Below, one piece after another: positions 44,971-54,056 of a DNA stretch of 64,000 bases. Position 1 is the stretch's first letter; the number at the start of each line of letters is the position of its first letter. Below the pieces are notes generated by a model. It did not search any database and was not told the origin of the DNA. It was given only the letters and a program-made list of their open reading frames with translations. The stretch lies in NCBI GenBank assembly GCA_020438105.1, contig JAGQVE010000014.1, positions 11,977-75,976 of the forward strand, given 5' to 3'. The position numbers and the translations under genes are program-made. The DNA is from Bacteroidales bacterium. GTDB taxonomy: Bacteria > Bacteroidota > Bacteroidia > Bacteroidales > JAADJA01.

Positions 44971-45303
44971 TGTATTCCCCACGCGCAATCATTTTACGAT
45001 ATTTTGACATTTTCCGTTGAAATGTCTGCCTTATAGGGAATTATTCGGGCATACAATTAATTTCTATTCTGGCAACCAACATTCGCCCCAGACGATACAT
45101 TTTCATTGAAAATTTAATAGTGTTGTGTATTCCCTGCAGGAAATCATTCTTGGATCTATTGACATATTCTATTAAAATGAATGCCCTACGGGCAATTATT
45201 CAGGTATACAATTAATTTTTCGTTGGACAACCAACATTCGCTGTGCGATACATTTTAATAGAAAATATGATGTGATACACAACAGTTTGTCCGCAGGACA
45301 TAG
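44971..45303 (+). repeat. Tandem pair of four-hairpin modules (F1 degenerate, F2 intact; 155-bp period)
   Basis: TGTATTCCC starts at 44971 and 45126. F2 hairpins are TTCC-CTGCA-GGAA (45130), TGCCC-TAC-GGGCA (45182), TCGC-TGT-GCGA (45238) and TGTCC-GCA-GGACA (45288). Spacers are collinear with E1/E2 (e.g. TTCTATTAAAATGA vs TTCTAATAAAATTGA). Confidence 0.75.
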
Positions 45304-45397
45304 ATAAAACCTAACAAATATTCGCATTCCGTCTTCTTCAGAATACAAGAAAATTCTCCTTTAGAATTTCTTCAATTTTAACCCTTACCTTTGAATC

Positions 45398-46075
45398 ATG
45401 AAAATTCTTGTGATCGAGGATGAACTTGCCCTTTTGGAAGAGATCAATCAGTTTCTGCTAAAAGAGGAGTATGTAGTAGAAACCGCGGATGCTTTCGATA
45501 TAGCCGAAGACAAAATCGCAATTTATCATTACGACATTACCATTGTCGACATCACACTGCCGGGTGGCTCAGGCCTGGAGCTTATTCAAAACCTTAAAAA
45601 ACGCAATAGTGATACCGGCATCCTGATCATTTCAGCTAAAAACTCTCTGGATGACAAACTCACCGGCCTCGATATCGGTGCCGACGATTACATCACCAAA
45701 CCTTTTCACCTCGCTGAGCTAAATGCAAGGATTAAAGCCCTGATACGCAGAAGATATTTCAAGGGAGCCATGGAAGTTTCTTTTAATGAAATACGGATCA
45801 ATTCAGAAGAAAAAACGGTATTTGTAAATGATGCAAAACTAACTTTGACAAAAAAGGAATATGCCTTGATTGCGTTTTTTATTGCCAACAAAAACCGGTT
45901 GATCACCAAAGAATCGATTGCTGAACATCTCTGGGGCGACCACATCGACCTGGTGGATAATTTTGATTTTATTTATACCCACATCAACAACCTGCGAAAA
46001 AAAATCGAAGCAGCCGGTGGCACCGACTATTTGAGAACTGTTTACGGAATGGGTTATAAATTTACCGACCGATGA
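45398..46075 (+). CDS. OmpR/PhoB-family response regulator
   Basis: REC domain (ILVIEDE, VDITLPGGSG, KPF) plus a winged-helix C-terminus (LTKKEYALIAFF, VYGMGYKF). Confidence 0.9.
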   Translation: MKILVIEDELALLEEINQFLLKEEYVVETADAFDIAEDKIAIYHYDITIVDITLPGGSGLELIQNLKKRNSDTGILIISAKNSLDDKLTGLDIGADDYITKPFHLAELNARIKALIRRRYFKGAMEVSFNEIRINSEEKTVFVNDAKLTLTKKEYALIAFFIANKNRLITKESIAEHLWGDHIDLVDNFDFIYTHINNLRKKIEAAGGTDYLRTVYGMGYKFTDR

Positions 46076-47313
46076 AACTGATCCATCAACTAAACCGGAA
46101 ATACCTTACGTATGCTGCAATCCTGTTTGTGGCTGTGGGATTTGTGTTGTTTATTTTGTTGCGGACCATTGTTCGTGAGGAAACGGACGAAAAACTACTG
46201 AGTATGCTCGAACATATCGAAACCTTTGATCCAGGTGAAAAAAATATGTTTGAGTTGTTCCCGGTCATCTCTGTTAAACCATCAAATCATATTTCAGCCG
46301 ATGTGATCTTTTCAGATACCCTATTGCAAATCGATGACGAAAGCGAAGTGTTCAGGCAGCTTGTGGCATACCGGCAGATCAATAATAGCAACTATAAAAT
46401 TGTGATCCGCGAATCGAGTGTTGAATCAGAAGACCTTTTGGTGAGCTTAACCCTTATAATTCTTTCGAGCTTTGGGGGCTTACTTCTATTAATTTACCTA
46501 ATCAATAAAAGGATTTCGAAAAAACTCTGGGATCCGTTTTTCCTTAATCTGGATAAACTCAAACAATTTTCGCTTCAATCCTCGATGTCATTTTCCCCGG
46601 AAAAATCAGATACCGATGAGTTCAATGAGATGAACAGGGTGCTGAAATCATTAACAGATAAGGTTTTGACGGATTACGACAACCTGAAAAAATTCTCAGA
46701 AAACGCCTCTCATGAGTTGCAAACGCCCCTGGCGGTGATCCGTAGCAAAACAGAAGCACTGCTTGAAGAAGACCAGCTATCACAGGAGCAAATCTCAAAG
46801 GTTGAATCCATTTACAAATCGGTTAACCGCTTAACTAAAATCAACAGCGGTTTGTTGTTGCTCACCAGGATTGAAAACAGGCAATTCACTGAAGCTGAAA
46901 AGCTCAGATTGAATGAAACCATACAACAACAGCTTGAAAATTTCAGCGAATTGATGGAAATCAAAAAATTAAATTTTACCTATGATTTTCAATCCGACTG
47001 GGTTGTTGAATGCAACAGGAGTTTGCTCGATATGCTGATCAACAACCTTTTTGGCAATGCCATTATCCACAATATCGAAGGTGGTGTGTTGAAAATTGTT
47101 CTTAGCAACAGGCAATTGGCATTTTATAATTCGGGCAACCATCCTTTACCGGATGAGAATAAACTATTTGAACGTTTTAGAAAAGGAGACCGGTCCGATT
47201 CTGTGGGACTGGGGCTGGCCATTTCCCGGCAAATCTGTACTTATTTTGGCTGGGAACTCACCTACAGGTTTCAAGAGCAAATGCACATATTTTCCATCAA
47301 TTCAGACAATTGA
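46072..47313 (+). CDS. Sensor histidine kinase (HisKA/HATPase_c), partner of the OmpR-type regulator
   Basis: ATGA overlap with the regulator gene. Two TM segments. H-box ENASHELQTPLAVI, N-box LFGNAIIHN, G-box GLGLAISRQI. Confidence 0.85.
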   Translation: MKLIHQLNRKYLTYAAILFVAVGFVLFILLRTIVREETDEKLLSMLEHIETFDPGEKNMFELFPVISVKPSNHISADVIFSDTLLQIDDESEVFRQLVAYRQINNSNYKIVIRESSVESEDLLVSLTLIILSSFGGLLLLIYLINKRISKKLWDPFFLNLDKLKQFSLQSSMSFSPEKSDTDEFNEMNRVLKSLTDKVLTDYDNLKKFSENASHELQTPLAVIRSKTEALLEEDQLSQEQISKVESIYKSVNRLTKINSGLLLLTRIENRQFTEAEKLRLNETIQQQLENFSELMEIKKLNFTYDFQSDWVVECNRSLLDMLINNLFGNAIIHNIEGGVLKIVLSNRQLAFYNSGNHPLPDENKLFERFRKGDRSDSVGLGLAISRQICTYFGWELTYRFQEQMHIFSINSDN

Positions 47314-47379
47314 AAATTCTTCAAATTCTCTTTAGAATCGGATTTTAATTTTATGGCATTAAATCAAAAAAACATCACA

Positions 47380-47835
47380 ATGAAAAAAACAATCGTCGTA
47401 TTATTTTCAGGCTTATTGGCGCTGATTGCATGCGCACAAAATGCCAATCCACCTGAAGCAGTTTCAAAGGCCTTTTCTGATAAGTTTGGCACTGTAAAAG
47501 GGTTAAAATGGGATCAGGAAGATGATGAATGGGAGGCCGAGTTCAAAATGAACGGAACAGAAATGTCGGCCAGCTTTGATCAATCGGGTACCTGGCTCGA
47601 AACTGAAACAGAGATCAAAGAAAAGGATCTGCCTGAAAACATAATGAATGCAGTTAACGCACAATTTGAGGGCTGGGAAATTGAGGAAGCAGAAAAAATT
47701 GAAACGCCGGATTTTAAAGGGTATGAGTTAGCCATAGAACAAGATGAAAATGAAAAAGAGATCCTCGTTTCTGAAGATGGTAACATAACGATAAAAAAAG
47801 AAGAGCGTGAGGATGAGGAAGATGATGATGAGTGA
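47380..47835 (+). CDS. PepSY-like secreted protein with poly-acidic C-terminal tail
   Basis: The start is set at ATG 47380 (MKKTIVVLFSG..IACAQ lipobox-like). Duplicated W..E.E...Y.V motif pattern. The tail reads EEREDEEDDDE. Confidence 0.55.
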   Translation: MKKTIVVLFSGLLALIACAQNANPPEAVSKAFSDKFGTVKGLKWDQEDDEWEAEFKMNGTEMSASFDQSGTWLETETEIKEKDLPENIMNAVNAQFEGWEIEEAEKIETPDFKGYELAIEQDENEKEILVSEDGNITIKKEEREDEEDDDE

Positions 47836-48065
47836 TAAGTAGCTAAAACAAAAAGTTATAGATTATTTCTGTTAAACGGTCGAAATTCATTACGCGGTCT
47901 TAATTAGAAGGATTTACTTGAACTGCGCTACCAGTGCTGCTGATAGCGCGGTTTTTATATTTGATAACCGATTTGACTCGGACTATCAAAAAACCCTATT
48001 GTACTACACAAGGTTGAGTGTTTTATCCTGTTTTTCACTAATTTCACCATCCAAACAAATTCAAC

Positions 48066-50483
48066 ATGCGCAGCTATAAATTGTATACCGGTTCAATATT
48101 GCTATTGCTGGCTATTATTTTAGTTTCATGTCAAAATACTGGCACAGGTTCATCAGCAGCAAAGGATTACCCAATTACTCCCGTTCCGTTTACCCATGTG
48201 AAACTGCAGGATAATTTTTGGCTTCCACGTATCTTAAAGAACACGGAAGTAACCATTCCAATTGCTTTTGGGCAGAGTGAGGAGACAGGCAGGATCAAAA
48301 ATTTTGAAGTTGCCGGTGGCTTGAAAGCGGGAACTTTTTGTGGCATTTATACCTTTGATGATTCAGATGTTTTTAAGATCATCGAAGGGGCTTCCTATTC
48401 GTTAATGGTAAAGCCTGACGCCGAACTTGAAGCCTACCTGGATACGTTGATCTATAAAATTGCTGCTGCCCAGGAAGAGGATGGTTACCTTTATACCAAC
48501 CGGACCATTTTAGGTGATAGTGCTTATGCAATGGCAGGCCCTGAAAGATGGTCGAATGTGACGGAACATAGTCATGAGCTATACAATGCAGGCCATATGT
48601 ACGAAGCTGCTGTGGCTCATTTCCAGGCCACAGGCAAACGAACTTTTCTGGATGTTGCCATCAAAAATGCCAACCTGATCGACCGGGAATTTGGATGGGG
48701 AAAGATTGAGAAATATCCGGGTCATCAGGAAGTTGAGATTGGTTTGGTAAAACTATACAGGGCAACTGGGGATCAACGATATCTTGATCTGGCCAAATTC
48801 TTCCTGGATGTTCGGGGACCAGGCGGCTGGGAATACAATCAGGCGCATAAAAAACCTGTTGATCAAAGAGATCCGGTAGGTCACGCCGTAAGAGCGCTTT
48901 ATATGTATTCAGCCATGGCTGATGTTGCAGCATTAACCGGCGACACTGCTTATTTGCATGCCATTGAAGAAATCTGGAGTAAATTGATCCAAACCAAATT
49001 TTATATCACCGGCGGAGTCGGGCAAAGCGGAAGTAATGAAGGATTTGGTGCGGATTACGACCTGCCTAATTTATCAGCTTATTGTGAAACCTGTGCTTCG
49101 ATAGCAAATGTTTTTTGGAATGAGCGCATGTTCCTGCTCACGGGTGATTCAAAATACATTGATGTTATGGAGCGAACCATGTATAATGCGCTATTATCCG
49201 GTGTTTCCATGGATGGCAACCTCTTTTTTTACTCCAACAGGCTGGAGTCAAATGGGTCGGATCGCAGACAGGAATGGTTTGGATGTGCATGCTGCCCCTC
49301 AAATATAACGCGCTTTCTCCCTTCAGTTCCCGGGTATATTTATGCCCAAAGAGACGATGATATTTATGTTAACCTTTTTATCTCGAGTGAAACCAATCTT
49401 GAAACGAAAAATGGTATTATTAAAATAAATCAACAAACTGATTATCCCTGGGATGGTGACATTGTTGTAACTGTTGATCCTGAAGTAACTGCTGAGGAAC
49501 GCATATTAGTTCGCATTCCGGGCTGGACAGGCAATAAACCGATTCCGGGAATTTTGTACAATTATTACCAATCTAATGAAACTCAACCTTCACTAAAAAT
49601 CAATGGTGAAGGATCAAGCTATGATATTGAAAACGGCTATATGGTGATCAATCGAATATGGAATAAAAAAGACCAGTTGGAAATTGTTTTCAATATGCCT
49701 GTCCGCAAAACACGGTCGCTTGATGTGGTTAAGCAGGACAAGGGCCGCTTTGTACTGGAGCGTGGCCCGCTTGTTTACTGTCTTGAAGATGCAGACCAGG
49801 ATATAACAGGTGTTCGGCATGTTTTTGCTTCACTTAATAATCCTGCCACAGTTCATTTTAAAGAAAATCTGTTTGGAGGCATACCAACCGTTGAAATATC
49901 AGGAGAGAAATTACAGGCACATATTGATGGCTCAATATCAAAAGGAAAGGCTTATGAATTGACAGCTGTTCCATATGCTTACTGGGCTAACCGCGAGCCG
50001 GGGCAAATGCTGGTTTGGATTCCCGATCAAGCTGAATTTGGTACCCCCTCACCGGCACCCACCATAGCCTACCTGAGTAAAAAATCGGGTCCCGGAGCCA
50101 GGGGGAACCTCGAATTGTTATCCGACCAGTACAACCCACTCAATTCAAACGATCATACTGTTGGATATATCCATTGGTGGCCGGCAAACGACACCATTGT
50201 TTGGCTTGAGTATGATTTTAAAGATCCTGAAAAAGTATCAAAGGTAAGGGTTTACTGGTTCGACGATGGTCCTGACGGAGGCTGCAGGATTCCGGCTTCC
50301 TGGCGAGTACTTTATAACCATGGGAATGAATGGAAAGAAGTACAAAATCTCTCGGATTATACCATCACCAAAGATGCCTGTGATGAGGTGAAATTTGAAG
50401 CTGTATCCACACAGGCCATTAAGTTAGAAGTCAAGCTGCAAAAAGAATACAGCAGTGGTGTGCATGAGTGGGAAATAAAATAA
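48066..50483 (+). CDS. Glycoside hydrolase family 127 (beta-L-arabinofuranosidase-like, DUF1680) with C-terminal discoidin-like domain
   Basis: Lipobox ILVSC. GH127 Zn/Cys motifs YCETCAS and FGCACCPSNITRF. The C-terminal ~140 aa contain a discoidin (F5/8 type C)-like segment (VRVYWFDDG...W). Confidence 0.85.
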   Translation: MRSYKLYTGSILLLLAIILVSCQNTGTGSSAAKDYPITPVPFTHVKLQDNFWLPRILKNTEVTIPIAFGQSEETGRIKNFEVAGGLKAGTFCGIYTFDDSDVFKIIEGASYSLMVKPDAELEAYLDTLIYKIAAAQEEDGYLYTNRTILGDSAYAMAGPERWSNVTEHSHELYNAGHMYEAAVAHFQATGKRTFLDVAIKNANLIDREFGWGKIEKYPGHQEVEIGLVKLYRATGDQRYLDLAKFFLDVRGPGGWEYNQAHKKPVDQRDPVGHAVRALYMYSAMADVAALTGDTAYLHAIEEIWSKLIQTKFYITGGVGQSGSNEGFGADYDLPNLSAYCETCASIANVFWNERMFLLTGDSKYIDVMERTMYNALLSGVSMDGNLFFYSNRLESNGSDRRQEWFGCACCPSNITRFLPSVPGYIYAQRDDDIYVNLFISSETNLETKNGIIKINQQTDYPWDGDIVVTVDPEVTAEERILVRIPGWTGNKPIPGILYNYYQSNETQPSLKINGEGSSYDIENGYMVINRIWNKKDQLEIVFNMPVRKTRSLDVVKQDKGRFVLERGPLVYCLEDADQDITGVRHVFASLNNPATVHFKENLFGGIPTVEISGEKLQAHIDGSISKGKAYELTAVPYAYWANREPGQMLVWIPDQAEFGTPSPAPTIAYLSKKSGPGARGNLELLSDQYNPLNSNDHTVGYIHWWPANDTIVWLEYDFKDPEKVSKVRVYWFDDGPDGGCRIPASWRVLYNHGNEWKEVQNLSDYTITKDACDEVKFEAVSTQAIKLEVKLQKEYSSGVHEWEIK

Positions 50484-50517
50484 CCGGACTTGAATTAAAT
50501 TAGCGTTTGCAGAATGG

Positions 50518-51213
50518 TTAACCCGTTTCGCTGATCCTGAGCAATCTATCATAATCAACTATCTTTAGTTCTTTCCCATTCATTTCGATCAATCCATCAT
50601 CATTAAATTTTTTAAGCATACGGATAACGGTTTCTGAGCTCATTCCCGAAAGTTCGGCAAGATCTTTACGAGAAAGCGGCAAATGAAACTCCGATTTTTT
50701 AAAAATTCTCTCAGAAAGACAAAGCAAAATATCGGCTAAACGTCCATAAGCTTGTTTGTGGGTAAGGCAGAAAAAACGTCCGTAAACCTGAACACTATTG
50801 GCACTGAAAATATCAATTACCTCCTTGGCAAAATTGGCATTGCGGGTGAGTAATTCTCTGAAAGTCCTGATATCGATCTGACGGATTTCCGTATCAATGT
50901 AAGCCATAGCAGAATATTGATAGGTATTATGATCTTCAGAAAGAGAAGAAAGCCCAAGCAAATTACCTTCGGGAATCATTTTTAAAACAAGTGAATTAGC
51001 ACCGTTATCAAGGTAAACTTTCACCAGTCCCTTTTCAACATACATAACATGGGAAACAAAACTTCCTTGCTTGCAAATCACCTCCTTCTTATTGTAATTA
51101 ATAACCACCGAGTTTTTATTCATATAATCCAATTCCTCATCGGTGAGTTTTTCAAAACATCGGCAATGTCGTGAACTGATTGTGCAAGCTGTTATTTGGA
51201 TCCTGTTACCCAT
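50518..51213 (-). CDS. Crp/Fnr-family transcription regulator with N-terminal Cys cluster
   Basis: cNMP-binding-like beta-roll, and a C-terminal HTH (RKDLAELSGMSSETVIRMLKKF). The N-terminus has CTISSRHCRCF (C-x7-C-x-C). Confidence 0.85.
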   Translation of the reverse strand: MGNRIQITACTISSRHCRCFEKLTDEELDYMNKNSVVINYNKKEVICKQGSFVSHVMYVEKGLVKVYLDNGANSLVLKMIPEGNLLGLSSLSEDHNTYQYSAMAYIDTEIRQIDIRTFRELLTRNANFAKEVIDIFSANSVQVYGRFFCLTHKQAYGRLADILLCLSERIFKKSEFHLPLSRKDLAELSGMSSETVIRMLKKFNDDGLIEMNGKELKIVDYDRLLRISETG

Positions 51214-51420
51214 TTATCCATTCTGATTATTGAAAGCAAAAATACTAAAAATATCAGTAGCAAACATGACCTGGATCAGTATTTTTTATAGCGCAGAACA
51301 TCTTGATTTGGAACGTATGACAGTGGTTTTTTCTTTGCCAGTTCCTTGATTTCTTCAATCTTTGTTGTGAAACAATTAACAATTGTTAATCAGTTGAAAA
51401 ACACAGAAATAATAAATAAA

Positions 51421-52779
51421 ATGAAGAAATTTTACTATCTAATGGTTGCGCTGGTAGCCACGGCATCGTTCCTTTTTACAAGTTGTTCAAGTAATGATGA
51501 CGATCCCAACCCACAACCAAGCACTAAAAACTATGCATCTTGTGAGGGATGTCATACTGATTATGCCCACTTGCAGGAAGTTTACTCACCCGACACGACA
51601 GTTACCGGTGGGGGTTGCAGTGGTGAAGCACCTCACTACGAACCCTACGACAGGGTTTATATGGGTGGCAGTGGATATGAAGAGTATAAACAATCAGGAC
51701 ACTATGAAATAGGCTGCACGGGTTGTCATAACGGTGTGGACAATACCGATGATAAGACAGTTGCCCACAGCGGAGATTTTATCCGTCATCCATCCATGGC
51801 TGCAGAACAAAAATGCGCAGAGTGCCATCAGGCTATTGTAGAAGGATTTGAAACAAATCTGCACCACGGCACGGGCCAAAAACGGAAGGTTACTATGAGG
51901 AGTGGGCTGGCCGGACCGGAAGAGTTCGATCAGCTCCCTGCTCATCAAATTGAAGGTTATAATGCAAACTGCGCTACCTGCCATGCAAGTTGTGGTGAAT
52001 GCCACGTAGTTCGTCCGCTTTCAGGTGGAGGGGGATTGGCAGCAGGTCACGCGTTTACAAAAACCCCTGACATGGTTACTGTTTGCGTTACCTGCCATGT
52101 TTCGCGTGGAGGACATGCTTATCTTGGTGTTGGTGCAGGAACCCAGCCCGATGTTCACCTGACTTCAGCAAATTTCCATTGTATCGATTGCCATAATAGT
52201 GATGAAATACATGGGGATGGCCAGCCGGTTGAGCAACGTTATGCCTATTCAAAATTACCTAAATGTACTGATTGCCATACCGGGATTGCTGGCAGCAATA
52301 CATACCATACAATGCATATGGATGATTTCAATTGCCAGGTTTGTCACTCACAAGATTATAATAACTGCGGAAGCTGTCATGTTCATGGCGACGGAGCCAG
52401 GATACCGGCATACCTCGATTATAAAATTGCACTTAATCCTTTACCTGATTTGAAACCTGATGTAACATATGCAACCGTGCGCAGGGCACCCGGAGCTCCT
52501 GACAACTGGGATGTGTATGGGGTTGACTATTCAAATTTTAACGTTTTACCAACCTATAATTACACCTCGGCTCATAACATTCTTCGCTGGACCACCAGAA
52601 CCCAAACCAGTGACAAAGCCTGTTTCTCGAATTGCCATATCAGAAATGAGGGTGGCACTTTAATAAATAAAGACCTCTACCTATTTATGGATGATATGGA
52701 AGAATGGGAAATGGAAGCAAATGCAGGAATTGTTGTGGATAATGCCCTTCCTGAATCATGGTTTGAAGAAAAGAAATAG
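51421..52779 (+). CDS. Multiheme c-type cytochrome lipoprotein (10 CxxCH plus one CxxxCH)
   Basis: The start is set at ATG 51421 (lipobox LFTSC). Heme motifs: CEGCH, CTGCH, CAECH, CATCH, CGECH, CVTCH, CIDCH, CTDCH, CQVCH, CGSCH, plus CFSNCH. Confidence 0.85.
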   Translation: MKKFYYLMVALVATASFLFTSCSSNDDDPNPQPSTKNYASCEGCHTDYAHLQEVYSPDTTVTGGGCSGEAPHYEPYDRVYMGGSGYEEYKQSGHYEIGCTGCHNGVDNTDDKTVAHSGDFIRHPSMAAEQKCAECHQAIVEGFETNLHHGTGQKRKVTMRSGLAGPEEFDQLPAHQIEGYNANCATCHASCGECHVVRPLSGGGGLAAGHAFTKTPDMVTVCVTCHVSRGGHAYLGVGAGTQPDVHLTSANFHCIDCHNSDEIHGDGQPVEQRYAYSKLPKCTDCHTGIAGSNTYHTMHMDDFNCQVCHSQDYNNCGSCHVHGDGARIPAYLDYKIALNPLPDLKPDVTYATVRRAPGAPDNWDVYGVDYSNFNVLPTYNYTSAHNILRWTTRTQTSDKACFSNCHIRNEGGTLINKDLYLFMDDMEEWEMEANAGIVVDNALPESWFEEKK

Positions 52780-52830
52780 AACAAAAACAATAGGAACAAT
52801 AAAAATTTAACAACTTAAAAAACTTATTCT

Positions 52831-53835
52831 ATGAAAAACACAAAATTGTACTGGTTAAGCATATTATTTGCTTTTTTATTCTTTACTGCTTGTAATAAAG
52901 ATGACGATCCAACTCCAACACCACAGGTGAATGAATCCGAGGTACTTGCAAAATTCCTCGAATCAACTGCCTCACCGCTTCAAAAAGACTATGTTAATAC
53001 CGACATGCCAAGTATCATGGCTGCCAGCGAGGTTAAAACCTTAAATGAAACCGGTCAGGTTTATATTATTGATATCCGCTCGCTTGATGATTTCAATAAT
53101 CTTGGACATATTGCAAATGCACACCAGGTTGACTTTGCCAACATCCTTACACATGTGCAGGGAATTAATATGGACGACTATACCAAAGTAGCTATCGTAT
53201 GTTACACAGGACAAACTGCTTCTTATGCTGCAAGTTTGTTGCGAATAATGGGATATGATAAAGTATTCTCAATGAAATGGGGAATGTGTTCATGGAATGA
53301 AGATTTTGCAGGCAGTTGGAACAATGCCATTGCCAATGGTAATGCCTATGCCACTCAATTTACTTCAGATGCAACTGAAAAAGGCGCCAAAGGTGACATG
53401 CCCACCCTTTCAACCGGAGAAACTACCGGCATGAAAATTCTTGAATCAAGGATGAATAGCGTAATTGCCGATGGGTTTGCCAAAATTACCAATGCCACTG
53501 TATTTGGAAATCTAAGTAATTATTACATCTTGAATTACTGGCCGGCTGCTCATTACGAAAATCCCGGACATATTCCAGGTGCTATGCAATATACTCCTAA
53601 AGAATCCATTCGTACAGATCTTGATCTTAAAACATTACCAACTGATAAAACCATCGTTGTGTATTGCTACACCGGTCAAACAAGTGCTTATTTAACTGCT
53701 TATCTTCGTTTATTGGGCTATGATGCACAATCATTGTTATTCGGTACAAATGGTATGATTTACGACCTAATGGTAGATCAGGGTTTAACGACCTTTAATG
53801 CAGATCAAATCATGGGATACGATTATGAAAAATAA
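52831..53835 (+). CDS. Tandem-rhodanese-domain lipoprotein (both domains retain an active-site Cys loop)
   Basis: Lipobox FFTAC. Two rhodanese-like domains, each with a CYTGQT(A/S)xY loop (GlpE-like CYHGNSS type). A terminator follows. Confidence 0.8.
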   Translation: MKNTKLYWLSILFAFLFFTACNKDDDPTPTPQVNESEVLAKFLESTASPLQKDYVNTDMPSIMAASEVKTLNETGQVYIIDIRSLDDFNNLGHIANAHQVDFANILTHVQGINMDDYTKVAIVCYTGQTASYAASLLRIMGYDKVFSMKWGMCSWNEDFAGSWNNAIANGNAYATQFTSDATEKGAKGDMPTLSTGETTGMKILESRMNSVIADGFAKITNATVFGNLSNYYILNYWPAAHYENPGHIPGAMQYTPKESIRTDLDLKTLPTDKTIVVYCYTGQTSAYLTAYLRLLGYDAQSLLFGTNGMIYDLMVDQGLTTFNADQIMGYDYEK

Positions 53836-53861
53836 TTAGCAACTTTCTCATAATAATACAT

Positions 53862-53897
53862 GGCCATTCTCTTTTAGGGGATGGCCTCTTTTTTTAA
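53862..53897 (+). terminator. Rho-independent terminator after the rhodanese gene
   Basis: GGCCATTCTC-TTTTA-GGGGATGGCC (10 bp including 2 G-U pairs) followed by TCTTTTTTT. Confidence 0.7.
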
Positions 53898-54056
53898 CAT
53901 TTCTCTGCCGGAACTCAAAAATTAAAGGAATTTCAACGCATTTGGATTGGATCACAATTTATCTTGAAAGCTCTTTTTACTTTATCATTAGATGAAAAAA
54001 ATGTATATCAATTAAATAGATTTATTAATTTTATGGATCAATTAAAACCAAAAAAC

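Noticed and set aside
47923-47956. Possible terminator after the PepSY-like gene (GCGCTA...TAGCGC followed by GGTTTTTA).
   Set aside because: It has only a 6-7 bp stem, a 13-nt loop and a short T-run. This is too weak to call.
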